Below, in pieces: positions 33,501 to 46,669 of a stretch of 64,000 nucleotides of DNA. The position numbers and the translations under genes were made by a program. The stretch comes from Gracilinanus agilis (lineage: Eukaryota): positions 488,539,694 to 488,603,693 of the forward strand of contig NC_058132.1 of the NCBI RefSeq assembly GCF_016433145.1, in the 5' to 3' direction. Every line of letters starts with the position of its first letter. The first letter of the stretch is position 1. The notes under the pieces are model-generated. The model saw nothing but the letters and a program-made list of their open reading frames with translations. It was not told the origin of the DNA and made no database searches.

Positions 33501-35905
33501 TAAAAAAGATAACATTATATAACATCAACATATTTTATCTTTTAACACTATAAATATATACAATTTATTTTTTTGGAAATACCCCTAAAAGAAAAAGAAA
33601 AAATTCAGACTTCTTTGGTACAAAGGGAGAGCTAAAAAAACTTACTCCAGTTTTCATTCCCTAACCCCTAATGATGTAGAAGAGATACCTATATGTTACA
33701 CTGATTTCCAACTTCCATGAGATGAAATAGAAAGTTATTTCCAAACTGACCCTCCTTCCCTACAATTCACCCACCCACACAAAGAAATTTCAGAAATGAT
33801 GTTTTGGAGGCTAAGAGGTTTTAATTAAATCAAACTAGTGTAGTGGAATGAGTACAAGCCTGGAATATAGATCTGGGGTCCAGTCCCAACTGATCACTAA
33901 GTAGTTAAGGCAAGTCATTTTATTTTGTTGGGCCTTGGTTTCCTTATTGGTAAAATGAGCAGCTTGGTCTTTCTGGTTCCTTCTGGCTCATTCTATGGTT
34001 CTATGATTTTAATGGCAGGGAGATAGGCAAAGAGGGATTTGGAGAAGGGAAACAGAGGAAAATGTATACAAATATAAAAGCAACTTCTCTAAGAGAGAGT
34101 CCTAGGAGGATGGAAAGGTAAGTTAAGTGTGCACTTACCACAGTGGATCAATCTTTCTGTATCACAAGAGGTTCCTGGGGTATCCATTCTCATGATGTCA
34201 CCATAGCAACCATGGTACAGATGAGGCTGGAAGGGGGGATTCACGGGTTGGGGGTGTGAATAAAAGCCCTCAGAAGGAACTGAAAAGCAAAGGGCTATTT
34301 TAAACCACGACTATGAGAAAACATGACGTGGGTTGCCATTTTGAATACGATTGAACCAATAGCATTGGATCTTTTCTTTCCTTTTTTAGATATCCTTTCT
34401 TTCAACAAGTCACATATTTATTGAGCATCTACACTTTATAAACTAGGTGTAGTAGAGAAAGATTCACACATGAATGACAGGTTCCCTAATGTTAAGGGAA
34501 TGTCAAATAATCTTTTTTCTTAAAACCCTTACCTTCTGTTTTAGAATGTGTACCAATATTGATTCCAAGACAGAAAAGTGGTAAAGGCTAGGCAACTGAG
34601 ATTAAGTGATTTGCTAAGAAGTGGCTAAGACCAAATTTGAGCCCAGGTCCTCCTGACTCCAGGCCTGGTGTTCTTAGGGCAGTTTAGGAGAAATAAGGAA
34701 GCAGTTTGAGATAAAAATGAAAAGTCAGAAAGATTGAAGTCAGTCTTTCAAGACCTTCTTTAGTATAAAGTATATGAACTTAATTTGCTGGGCAATTAGT
34801 TGGTATAGTAGAGTGTTAGGCCTGGAGTCAGGAAGACCTCAGTTCATATCTAGCCTCTGAGACTTGATAACTTTGTGGCCTTGGGCAAGTCACTTGACCT
34901 CTCCCTCAGTTTCCTCGATTATAAAATGGAGATAGTAATAGTATCTCCCTCACAAGGTTATTGAGAATCAAATGAGATAATATATGTAAAGTGCTTAGCA
35001 TAGTGACTGGCTTATTCTCTCCCTTCCTAGTAGGCAATGGGGAGCCATAAGAGGTTTTTGATCTGAAGAAGTGATGCCATCAGAGCTATTCATTATAAAG
35101 ATTAATTAGGAAGCAATATGCAGAAGAATGAAAAGACTTAGAGTAGGAAAAATGTAATCCCTCCATGGTATCCCTGAAGCTATCAACCAAACTTCCAAAA
35201 AGAGAATTTTTGCTTCTTACTTTAGTATATCCTTTTACTCTAAAATATATTTGTGATGCTTGGCACGTCTGGAACTTATTAATTCAAGAAAGTTCTGCTG
35301 CTTTATTTCAGATCTTTTAAGGTCAAGGGCAATGTAGATTCAAGGTAGTATTATTAATCGTTTTGATGAATAATTATATGTATCAGTCTGCTCCAAAGAA
35401 CTTCTCTTATCCTCAGCCTATAATCTTCTGTCTCATGGAATGTGCTAGAACCAGGGCTTAAGCAGAGCTGAGACCAGGTATTTTTATACCCCAGGTAAGA
35501 ATTGGAAATTGTACCCCCCTGGGGTAAGTGGGAACCCAAAAGCTCTGAACCTTCCCTGTACATGTATCTCAGTTTATCATGAAACAAAACCCATGGGCCA
35601 GGGAGGATGAGGTTTTCTGGCATAAAATCTTATTTATTATTTAAATATATTTGTTATATTATATAATATTAAAAAGTGTCCCTTCTTGTACTTGAGGCAG
35701 CTGCATGACTTCCCTGGGTCTAGCCCTGACTCGAGATAATGGTGAGTAAAGTAGAAATGGTGAGTAAAGTAGTTGTTTGGGGGAAGAAAGTTGAACTTAA
35801 CTCACTTCTATTTTAATATTTCCATGAAAAAACAGAAAAAATAAACTGCATTCTAGGAGTTACTATTGCACAATATGGTCCTGGGAGTAATACTGACAAT
35901 GTTGA

Positions 35906-35963
<58 letters not shown>

Positions 35964-36026
35964 ACCCCGACACAATAACTCACCAATGAGGGCAGCAAGG
36001 CCCAAAAAAGTGACAGGAACTAACAT
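27462..36026 (-). CDS. LYG2: Goose-type lysozyme G-like protein 2 (212 aa, secreted, 5 coding exons)
   Basis: Exons 36026-35984, 34279-34139, 33151-32955, 31000-30862, 27580-27462 total 639 nt. Signal peptide MLVPVTFLGLAALIVPSEG, then [77 protein letters not shown]. Length and motifs fit LYG2 rather than LYG1. Minus-strand AATAAA at 27368-27373. Confidence 0.95.
28087..28482 (-). mobile_element. ERV LTR (about 28175-28482) followed by a tRNA-Arg-type PBS and tRNA-complementary leader, in the last LYG2 intron
   Basis: Minus strand reads TGTAAAAG...actacatttcccgtgg...ttccggttccgg...cagcatggctttaattaaattactaat...tatttata ATT TGGCGAACCAGAAGG. The body resembles recalled opossum LTRs; TGGCGA.CCAGA.GG resembles the complement of tRNA-Arg 3' ends. 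LTR ends are approximate and no clean TSD was found. Confidence 0.6.
29190..29500 (+). mobile_element. Old L1 3' UTR fragment
   Basis: cacctccagaaaaagaactg...agcatatgatttttc...aatatggaagtatattttgcatgata, typical of marsupial L1 3' ends. Confidence 0.65.
30289..30488 (-). mobile_element. Very young SINE1-type SINE inserted in a MIR-like element
   Basis: Near-consensus body, (TTTTA)n tail, perfect 16-bp TSD AAACCCCTAATTTTAT at 30273-30288 / 30489-30504. Confidence 0.92.
30862..31000 (-). CDS. LYG2: LYG2 coding exon 4
   Basis: atctag|LDKHSHHPTGAWDSQEHLTQAVEIL...QHLK G|GTGAGT; 139 nt. Confidence 0.95.
31760..31952. mobile_element. hAT (Charlie-like) MITE, 193 bp, sharing ends with 13792-13981
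   Basis: TIRs CAGTGATTCCCAAA / TTTGGGAACCACTG with a perfect 8-bp TSD CACTAAGG (31752-31759 / 31953-31960). Confidence 0.92.
32955..33151 (-). CDS. LYG2: LYG2 coding exon 3 (catalytic Glu)
   Basis: ctgtag|IRGSEMFAE...SRETHAG...GLMQ|GTAACT; 197 nt. Confidence 0.96.
33358..33691. mobile_element. Tc1/mariner (Tigger-like) MITE
   Basis: About 20-bp TIRs TAGGTAACTCTTCCACATCA / TGATGTAGAAGAGATACCTA, flanked by a TA duplication. Confidence 0.75.
34139..34279 (-). CDS. LYG2: LYG2 coding exon 2
   Basis: ttttcag|...[36 protein letters not shown]; 141 nt. Confidence 0.95.
35909..35958. repeat. (CA)25 microsatellite
   Basis: Read directly from the sequence; imperfect extension to about 35965. Confidence 0.97.
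35984..36026 (-). CDS. LYG2: LYG2 coding exon 1 (signal peptide)
   Basis: Acceptor cctgccag| at 36040, ATG at 36026, donor TTG|GTGAGT; 43 coding nt. Confidence 0.9.
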
Positions 36027-37632
36027 GATTTGGATCCTATCTGGCAGGACCTGGAATGATTTTTTGATAATAAATTAAGTAGGAAAAAATAAAAATGTTA
36101 ATAAAGAATATTAATAAAGAAATGTACTTTGATCCAATGAAAAGTCAATATAATTCTTATTTCAGTACCTTGCCTAAGTCTTTATTGCAGAAAATTCCCA
36201 GGTGCATGCGTGGGATAAATTTGTTGTTTGTACAGAACCATAGAGTTAATTAAAAAAACAAACAAACACTTACTTTCTGCCTTAATGACAGCTCTAAGAT
36301 AGAATCTAGTCAAGGGCTAGGCAAATGGGGTTAAGTGACTTGCCCAGGGTCACACAACTAGGAAGTATCTGAGGCTACATTTGAATCCAGGTCCTCCCAA
36401 TTCCAGGACTGCTCTCTATCCACGATGCCATCTAGTTACCTCAGAAGTATAGAGTTTTAAGGCTTAGAGATCTAACCCCCTCATTCTGTTCATTGTGTGA
36501 TTCCAGAGCCTAGGGACCCAGAGAAATAAAGTGATTCACTATAGGTTACACAGGGAGTTAATGGAAAAGCCAAAATTTGAATCTGAGCCTTTTGACTCCT
36601 AGTCCAGTGTTTTTCTTATACCATTCAGGTCTCTTTCCCCAATGCAAACTCTAAACTTGTTTTAGTTCTGTTTCTTTCATTTTATAACCTTACATGCATG
36701 CACACAAAAAGGCAGGCAGGGTATATGAACACAGCCCTTTTTTTCTTTCTTTTTATACCACAATTCAGTTTTTAAAATTATTATACAATAATACAATAAT
36801 ATATTTTGTATACAATAACAAATATATTGCAAAGCAAATTTATTAAGCATTGCCTAGGTGCAAGAAGAGGAAACATAAGGTCAAGAAGACCTGGGCTCGA
36901 GTCCCACCTCTAGCACACACTGACCACACTGGGTGACCCTGAGCAAGTGACTCAACTTCTCAGTGCTCTCAAGCAACCCTCTAGGACTCTAAATTTTATC
37001 ATTGAAGGAAATTTCCATCCTAGGAAGTTTTTCCCACATTAAGGAAATAATAGATTCAGAGAAGAAAAAAATGCAAACCATAATTATTTAGGAATGAAAG
37101 AGGGTAAAGTTCTAATGGCCCAGGATTATACTTAATGCAGCCTCTCCAAGCAGCCTTTAGTTTTTGCCACTATTTGTTCTTTTATTTTTTCTTGTTCTCA
37201 GAATAGTGGCATTTAAATGAGGGTGGTGACCACTTTGGGGCCATAGTGGGAGCTGCTCCATGTAGGGCTGCCTGGCTCCATGACTGTGATAGAGCATCAT
37301 TAACAGGAAATATTCTGCATTTAACTATGATTTAAATTATACAAGACAAAAGAAATGGCTTCCCTTCCTCCCTCCCCACTTATCTGTTTTGGACAAAAAG
37401 AGACTAATTCCCTTCCCTCTTTGAAAAGATTTTCAAAACCCAGTTTCCATTTGCTTGGGATACTTTGTGGCCAGTCAGAGCAGTTTTCTTTAGGCTCTCT
37501 CTGCTTCTATTTCTGTCCTACAACACAAATTCGGCAGCAGGATCCTCTATGATTCAACAGTTGGTTTTCCGTCATGCAAAAAACCTGAAGGCTGCTTCTA
37601 TGGGATATTTAAAAAGTAACACGGGAACTTAC

Positions 37633-37690
37633 CTGCCTCTAGTCGCCCTTGTCCTGGAACACTCATCTCCAAGAGGAGCTTTATATATGG
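37633..37690 (-). promoter_or_regulatory. LYG2: LYG2 TATA promoter and short non-coding first exon
   Basis: Minus strand: ATATATAAAG (37688-37679), then about 45 nt ending GGCAG|GTAAGT (exon end 37633). This lies 1.6 kb upstream of the acceptor at 36040. Confidence 0.7.
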
Positions 37691-39524
37691 CTTGAATTCA
37701 TCTATATTAATTTGTTGACCTCATTAGGCCTGATTATTATGGTGCTTTGAACTCTTTAATAGAAGGATATGAAAGCGTTTTCTAAACTTCAATTAATTAA
37801 TTACTGTAATAACCCACCCCTCCTCAGGAGACACTGGAGGGCCTAATTTGTTGGCTTATTTGAGGATTTCTAATATTGTGATCAAGCAAGCATCTTCTAA
37901 ATCTGTGTCCAAGAAACTAATAATAAACAAGTAAACAAGAAATGCTCGGATTTATAGCCTGGAAATTGGACAAGCAGAGTCTCCCATCTTTTTTGTTCTC
38001 CATGATTAACAAGTACATCATGGGAATACATGTTCCTTTGGCTCTCGGGCTATTTACTGATTGATGATTTGTTCTGTGAGAGAATTATAAAGCTAGGCAT
38101 TAGGTAGAGCAGGTTTCTAGGTTCCCAGACTGGAGGGAGAAGATTGTGGATGAGTCTGGGAACAGAAATAGGGCTCTTTGCTGTTGAAAACTGGGAAATG
38201 GGGACAACTAGATAGAGTGGATAGGGTATTAGGCCTGGAATTGGGAAGATTTGGGCTCAAATATGGCCTCAGATTTGTATGAACCTGGATAAATCACTTA
38301 ACCCTAATTGCCTATCTCTGTCTTAGAACTAAGGGTTTGCAAAAAAGAAAAGAAAACAAGGATGTGGAAATTCAGCCATGGGGAGATATCAAATGGAAGA
38401 GCTATAAGACCCTAGATTTCAAGCAAGAAGAGACAAAGGACATTGTCTAACTCCTTCAATTTACAAACAAGGAAATCATGAGGCAGAAGTTGAATGATTT
38501 GACCAGGGTTACATAGCTAATAAGTGTCAAGGATGGGAGTTAAAGCCAAGTCTTTTTGACTTCCAAGCCCAATGTTCCCTGTGCTGAATATACTCCTCCT
38601 CTTACCATTAGCAGAAAATTAACAGCTGCCTCAAGGGAAGAGAGAAATCAGACAAGGCATTTATTCATACCTATATGGGCTGGGAAGATTCTGTATCTCA
38701 ACACAGTTCTCTAATATGTCCACTTACTCACAGAGTGGAAAATAAGGGGCAAAGGGTAAGGTAGGAAGGACAAAGACACTGAATGCAAAAAGGATCTCAG
38801 GCTGCCAAGTGAAAGAAAAATACAGCTCCTGGAAAGACCTAACCACATCAGACTGACTGGAGAATTGCTGTTCTCAGGATTGGTTTATGTTCTAGCCAGA
38901 AGTGAACCTAAGGGGAGAACAACTACAACTCTGAGGCCCTGGCTATCCTTCCCTTCTTTTTACTTCCTGTCTGTCACCCAAATGTGTTTTTTATACTGAG
39001 CAGGGATAATCTTAGCCAATAGGGTGGTTCTCAAGGTGACTCCCAGGAAAGTGATTCTTGTGATTATTGGGAAATCTAGGGAGGGATGTGTTTATTTAAC
39101 ACACAGGGGACACATATCACCACTATCCCCTTCCACCATTATCACTGTCACTTTGGTTGTCACCATCAACTGCTGTCAAAGCTATTCGTTGATCAGAGTT
39201 TTATAACACTAAGAGCTGAAAGGGAACTCTTCGTTCTCAGTCAACAACTTCATTTTGCTTGTGAGGAAACTTAGGGAATCCCAGAAAGATGAAATGATTT
39301 GGATAGGGCTGCAAGGATAGTAAGTAGTAGAGCCAGAGTCCATATTCTCAGCTCCAAAATCAGTGCCTTTCTCCTTACAACACACTACCTTCAAGTCCAT
39401 TCGTGTACAATATGACAAGCTGAGAATAGCCAGTGTCACAGTAGCGGCTGTCACCAACGAAAGACTTTGTTCATTTGACAATTGAAACGTGTTCTGTCTA
39501 AGCCCAATTAAAAACTAGTGGAGA

Positions 39525-39738
39525 GGGGGGCAGCTGGATAGCTCAGTGGATTGAGGCCTAGAGACGGGAGGTCCTAGGTTCAAATCTGGCCTCAGACACT
39601 TTCCAGCTGTGTGACTCTGGGCAAGTCACTTGACCTCCATTGCCTACCTTACCACTCTTCTGCCTTGGAGCCAATACACAGTATTGACTCCAAGATGGAA
39701 GGTAAGGGTTTAAAAAAACAAACAAACAAACAAACAAC
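39525..39738 (+). mobile_element. Young SINE1-type SINE
   Basis: Near-consensus with (AAAC)n tail and 12-bp TSD AACTAGTGGAGA (39513-39524 / 39739-39750). Confidence 0.92.
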
Positions 39739-39750
39739 AACTAGTGGAGA

Positions 39751-40770
39751 CTGGTAAATGATCAAAGGATATGAACAAGTAATTTTCAGATGAAGAAATT
39801 GAAGCTATCAATAATCAAATAAAAATTGTTCTAAATCATTCTTCATTAGAGAAATGCAAATTTCAAAAATTCTGAGGTACCACCTCACACCTATCAGATT
39901 GGTCAATCTGGCAGTAAAGAAAAGTGATAAATGTTGGAGAGGATGTGGCAAAATTGAGACACTAATGCATTGTTGATGGAATTGTGAACTTATCCAATCA
40001 TTCTAGAGGGCAATTTAGAACTATGGCCAAGGGGCTATAAAAGTTACATACTCTTTGATCCTGTAACACCACTACTGGGTCAGTATCCCGAAAAGATAAT
40101 AAAAAAGGAAAAGGCTCTACTTGTACAAAAATATTTAGAGCTGCTCTTTTTTTTGTGGCAAAGAATTGGAAATTGAGGGAGTGTCTATCAATTGGAGAAT
40201 GGCTGAACAAATTGTGCTACATGTTGGTGATGGAATACTATTGTCCTATAAGAAATGATGAGCAAAATGATTTCAGAAAAATCTGGAAAGTTCTGCAGAA
40301 ACTGATACAGAGTGAAATAAGCAGAACTGGGAGAACATTGTATACTGTAACAGCAATATTGGACGATGATTATCTGTGAAAACTTGGCTACTCTCAACAA
40401 TGCAATGATCTGGGGCAATTCTGAAAGACTTATTATGGGGAATGCTGTCCACCTCCAGAGAAAAATGGATGAATTGAATGAGATGGATGCAGATCAAAGA
40501 ATACTGTCTTTCACATCAGTGTATTTACAATTTTATTTTGAGATTTTGGTTTTGTATGAGTATGTTCTTACAGCACTGACCAATATGGAACTGTGTTTTG
40601 CATGATAATACATGTATGACCCAGATAAAATTGTTTACCATTTTTGAGTAAGGGGGGAGGGAAGGGAGAAAGGAGACCATTTGGATCTTATAATTTTGGA
40701 AACGTATGTTGAAAATTATTATTACATGTAATTGGAAAATAAAATATCTTTGAATTAAATAAATAAAAAA
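39751..40770 (+). mobile_element. 5'-truncated L1 (ORF2 end plus 3' UTR)
   Basis: agagaaatgcaaat...gaggtaccacctcacacctatcagattgg...WRECLSIGEWLNKL-like residues and an A-rich tail. Followed by an antisense L1 3' fragment to about 41270. Confidence 0.88.
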
Positions 40771-43700
40771 AAGCAAATGGGGATTTTTTTGTTAAATTAA
40801 ATTTTTATTTTTAACTTAATAAATACCAAATTAAATGAGCATTTCCATTGTAGAACAGGAGACAATTCTACATGAAACTGAATATTACATTGGATTTGCT
40901 TTTCTTTTTAAGTATTTAATAAATTCAAATGTAATTTTAAAAGCTTTCCCAATTATTTGTGATTCTCCTGATTTTTTGTTTTATTCTCCTTTTGTGGGGA
41001 GAGAGTTAGAGGGGAGAGGCTAGTCCATCTGCCCTCTCTCTACCATTATCTCCCCCTCCAATGAAAAAAAGAAAAACAAATCCTTGTAACAAATGCATAT
41101 AGTTAAGCAAAGCAAATTCCCATATTTGACAATAGCTAAAAATGTATGTCTCATTCTAAACCTTGTGTCCATCACCTCTGTCAAGAGGTAGGGAGCATGG
41201 TTGTAGTTGGTTTTTTCATTGGTTGCAGTTCTTAAGTCTTTCAAAGTTGTTTTTCTTTACAGTAATGTTATTATAATATATGTGTGTGTGTTGTCTAAAT
41301 ATAATTATATCTATACAAGGATTAACTCATGATTGGCAAGAAAATATGTGATCTGAGATCTGATCCACCTCTGTAGAAAAAAGAATGAGGGCCCTACCTG
41401 CATATACAGGAACATAGCACAGGAAAGGGAGCAGGCAAGTCCCAGGACCACTGAGGCTGAGCAGCTTCCAACCTTTCTTATCTCCAAGAAGCATATTAAA
41501 CTCTATGTCTGTCTCTCACACTTCAACTACCTTTAGGTATTGCTAGGTCTAGGAGTATGATTTGTAGAGGTTTAGAAGGAAAGCTGTTTCCTTAATTACT
41601 CTTAAGGAGAAAGATAACCCTTAGCTTACATTTGACAGCTTAGTCTAAGGGTTACCTAGACAGGATGTGTCAGAGACTGGACTTGAACTCAGGTTTTCAT
41701 GACTTGGAGGCTTTATGCATACTATGCTTCAGACGGGGAAAATGTTATAAAAGACTTGTAAAATTTTGAAAACTCTTTGGTTTCTTTTTGCTATTTTTCT
41801 TGTATAAATGGGTCTACATGTTATCACTCTCTGTGATGATCTTTTATGTAATTAGCATTTGGGCTCAGTGCCCCAGGAAACTCTCTAAGCCTCTAAATTG
41901 CAGAGAAGAAGCCAATCTACATTGGTGGAGGGAGTTTCCTTATCAGCTACAAGGCTGATCCAAGTAATAACTATGCTGTATCTCACATGCTCTTTATTCA
42001 TTCAACTTTTTCTTTTTTCAAAAAAGAACTTCTGTATATACTATATATACTGTATATACAATATTGTATATTGGCTCCAAGGCAGAAGAGTGATAAGGGT
42101 AGGCAATGGGGGTCAAGTGACCTGTCCAGGGTCACATAGCTGGGAAATGTCTGAGGTCAGATTTGAACCTAAGACCTCTCATCTTTAGGCCTGGCTCTCA
42201 ATCCACTGAGCGACCCAGCTGCCCCAATTCATTCAACTTCTTAAGAGGAATTTTTTAGAATCACATGACAGACTTTACAGAAAGCAGCAAGGATGTTGAG
42301 CAGAAACCATTCAAAATTTTAGTAACTGTCCCATTAGATGAAGAGCTAACCACCAGAGATGAAATGACTTCTCCAAGGTTATATAGGTAATAAATTGAAG
42401 GGCTGAGATTTGAACCAAGGTCCTCTGTGAACTCTGCTCCAAAATATTGATAGCACCTCTCTTTGTGCTAAGAATTGGAAACTGAGGGGATGCGTATCAA
42501 TTGAGGAATGTTTAAACAAATTATGGTATATGACTGTAAAGAATACCAATGTATTCTTCACATAAGAAATGATGAACAGCATGATTTTTAAAAAAACTTA
42601 CAAAGAACTACACAAGATAATGAACAGCAAAATGAGTCTAACCAGGAGAACAATATACACAGGCACTAAATTAATCCTGGAAGACTAAACTGTTTTTTAC
42701 CAGAAAGGCAAAATATGACAGACTTAATTTATATGTAAATGTTGGCTGATATGATGATATTTTTTGTGACCAGGGATGATGGGGAGTGGCTGTGACACTA
42801 GTAGACAGGAATTATTTTGTAGATATGAAGAGAAGTAAGCTAAACATATAAGACATTTGTGATTTTATTTATGTACTATCTTCTTTTTCTTTGGAAATCC
42901 TTATTTCATTTGGTTTTATAAAATTTGGAATTAAAAAAGTAGGAGAATAAATTTAAAAATGAACTAGCTCTATGCTTCTTTTCATCCATCATTTTTGTTG
43001 ACTTTCACAGATATTTGCATTCAGGGTGAAATTCCATTTGGAACTGCCACTACAGACATAATTATCACCCAAATAACTATGTTTTCAAAAGGGACTGCAA
43101 AGTCTGATGACTTTATTTTTTAATTAATAAAGAGCAGTATGTATATTTTTCTCTAATAGTTGTTCCTGAGCCTATAATTTAAACTTAAAATACTGTTTGC
43201 CTTGTTTTGACCAAGATAGTTACTGACTCATAGAATCAATAAATGGTAGGGCTTGAATAACTTTTTTAAAGCTTAGTTTCCTCATCTGTTCAGTGGGGAT
43301 GATAATAACACCTGTTTTCCTTTCTACTTGAGATAAATTGTGCAAAGTATGAATTTTTAGGTGCTGGACGAATGTTAATTGTTTCCCTACATGGTGATTT
43401 CTAGTCATACCTTAGTTTTCTCATTGATTCACTTGTCAGTGTAAGCTTATTCCTGATGGCTTAATTACTTGGTTCTTTTACCACCAAGATAATGACGGTA
43501 TCCTAATCCCATTCAACAAGAAGGATCTGGTGGTGGGAAGTCTAGTGCTCACCTTATTGATGATGACACTACTTTCTGCTGAGCAGAAGTTTTGGAGAAG
43601 TGTCAGTGACTTTCTAATCCCCATTTCCGTGTTTCTCTGGGCAACCATACCAATTTGCTCTCTAGGAGTGTGTGGATTACAATGAATTTGGAAGTCAGAA

Positions 43701-44639
43701 TCAACTCTTAATTTCCGACCTTTGACAAAGACCATCTCTTTCCTGATTTCCTTATATAACTGAGCTCTCATCCTGTGGTTGTAATGGAGGTGCTCCCAAA
43801 GGAATAAATGAAGAATGCTTAGCTATATTATAGTACTTTTCCTTTGGCATAGAATCAATACAAGCAGTAAAGTATTGTAGTCGTTTTAATCAACACTGAT
43901 TTGATGCCTTTAGTATTAACAGTGACATTTGATGCAATATCAAAACAAACAGGTGTTTGTTGGCATTTCCCATCTGCCCCAGGAGGTAGCCATGCTTTTT
44001 ACATATGCTGAGGTGTACAATACACAACTTATGATTTCAAAGCTGGTCATATTGGGGGAAAGAATCATCACACTATATTCAGGTTAATATGGTACATAAG
44101 GTCCTTGGAACCCAGGATTGATAGAAAGTATACTTTATAAATGACTTTTATTTTCCATCTTAGAATGAATACTGTGTATTAATTCCAAGGCAGAAGAGTA
44201 GTAAGGGTGGGCAATGGGGGTCAAGTGACTTGCCCAGGGTCACACAGCTAGGAAGTATCTGAGGCCAGATTTGGACGAGGACCTCTAATCTGTAGGCCTG
44301 GCTCTCAATCCACTGAGCCACCATCTGCCCCCTACGAGGCTTTATATATAAAGAGCACAAATACTTGAAGATAGGTGTCTGAAGAGTACTCTCCAATTTC
44401 ACAATTATATCCACTAAAGGTGAATTTGATCTTGTGTAGTGGGTGTTGTTATGTTTGATAATAAACACTGTAGAAAAACAATATCATTTGGCAGTTTACC
44501 AAAACACTGAAGTGATAGAGGCCAGCAGGTGTGCACATTGCTTTATTATTTAAATGAAGCCACAGCTCCCTCATGGAAGTGCTTTTTCTCAAATAGCCAA
44601 ACATTCTCCAGATACATAGTAAGTGCTGGATCAATGCTC

Positions 44640-44672
44640 CATCTATCCATCCATCTATCCATCTATCCATCC

Positions 44673-44719
<47 letters not shown>

Positions 44720-44835
44720 CATCCATCCATCTTTCTATCTATCTTTATCTATCTATCCATCTATGTTTCTATCTATCTTTATCTATCTATCTATCCATCC
44801 ATCCATCTATCCATTCATCTATCTCTCTATCTATG
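44640..44835. repeat. Compound (ATCT)n/(ATCC)n tetranucleotide microsatellite
   Basis: Read directly from the sequence. Confidence 0.95.
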
Positions 44836-46139
44836 TTTCTTGATTATCATTTGTGGATTTATAGTTATAGGGCCATCAAAGGTATCAAAGGTGGAAGAGG
44901 GAGGGCAACTAAGTGGCTCAGTGGATCAAAATCCAGGCCTAGAGATCAGAGGGCCTAGGTTTAAGTCTGGCCTCAGATTCTTTATACTGTGGGACCCTGG
45001 GTAAGTTATTTAACCCCCATTATCTAGCCCTTACTATCTTTTTTCTATCTTTGTATCCCCAGCACTTAGCATAGTGCCTGGCACATGGTAGGCATTTATT
45101 CAATACTCATTAACTGTCTGAATGGACTCCTGGCCACAGGTTTCCCTGATACAAGGTGACTGTCTCAAAAAATCAATATCCCTTTGAGGGTAGTCTCTCC
45201 TCTGTTAGACGATATGAAAACAATTATATACAGTCAAGATATATACAGGATAAATTGAAGATAAGCAACAGAGAGAAGGCATTTAGCATTAAGGGGCATC
45301 AGGGAAACCTTCACTAAGAAGGTAAGATTTTTAGATGGGACTGATAAGGAAGTCAAGGAAGCCAGGAGGTAGATGAGGAGGGAGAGCCTCCAGATATAGA
45401 GGACAGCCAGTGAAAATGAATGAAGTAGGGGCAATTAAATGGCTCAGTGGATAGAGGGCCAGTCCTGGAGATAGGAAATCCTGGGTTCAAATGTGATCTC
45501 AGACACTTCCTAGCTATGTAACCTGGCCAAGTCACTTACCAATCCCCCCACCCCATTGTCTAGCCCTTGCCCTTCTGTCTTAGAATTGTTTCTAGGACAG
45601 AAAGTAATCATTTAAAAGACAAAAGAAAGAAAGAAAACCCATGAAGTTAGGAGATAAAGTATCTTGTTTAAGAACAGAGAGGGAGCCAGTGTTACTCAGT
45701 TATAGAATATCTGGGATATAAAAGGACTGAAAATGTAGAAGGGGGCTGGGCAGGATTATATTGGATGTAGCTCATCATCACTTACAAGTGTGCGCATTTA
45801 TACCTTGGAAATCATTACAAATCAGGACTTGATTTATTGTTATATTGATTGCCTAGGCTTAAAAAAGTATTGGAGAAAAATGTTAATAATGCTGATTAAA
45901 CTTAAAAGTGTATCCTTAGTTTTTTGGTATTTTTGAGAGATTCAGCTGTAAAATATTTGCTAGTAGGAGTAGCTAGGTGGCCAGGTGGACCCAGGCCTAG
46001 AGAGGGTAGGTAAAAGGTTTAAATTCGATCTCAGACACTTCCGAGCTGTGTAACCCTGGATAAATCATTTAATCCCCTTCACCTAGCCTTTACTGCTCTT
46101 CTGCCTACATAGTATTGATTCTAAGATGGAAAGAAAGAG

Positions 46140-46625
46140 GGTTTTTTTTGTTTTGTTTATTTATTTTTGTAAAGATATTTAATTTTTACCAATTACATGT
46201 AACAACAAATTTTCACAGAAGTTTTCTGAAGTTATATGGTCTAAATTATCTCCCTCCCTTCCTCCCATCTCACATCCTGGAGCTGCCAAGCAATTTGATC
46301 TGGATTATACATGTATTATCTTGCAAAACAAATTTCTATATTCATTTTTATAAGAGAATAATCACATAAAACCAAAACACTGAAACAAAACCCCAAATAA
46401 ACTTAAGTGAAAAATCACATGCTTTGATCTGCATTCTAATCCCAACAGTTCTTTCTCTGGAGGTAGATAGCAGTCTTTGTCTTAAGTCCCTCAGAATATT
46501 TCTGGATGACTATATTGCTGAGAATAGCTAAGTCTTTCACAGTTGATCATACCACAATATTGCAGTTACTGAGTACAATGTTCCTCTGGTTCTGCTTATT
46601 TCACTGTGCATCAGTTCGTGTTGGT
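46140..46625 (-). mobile_element. Antisense L1 3' UTR fragment
   Basis: ttaccaattacatgtaacaacaaattt...ctggattatacatgtattatc...cactgtgcatcagttc. Confidence 0.8.
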
Positions 46626-46669
46626 CTTCAAAATAAAGGGTTTTAAAAACAAACAAATTTACCAGCACA

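Noticed and set aside
44529-44958. ORFs of 104 and 111 aa with repeated IYLS/SIHP
   Set aside because: Translation of the (ATCT)/(ATCC) microsatellite. The THTH/VCVC ORFs at 35.8-36.1 kb likewise come from (CA)n.
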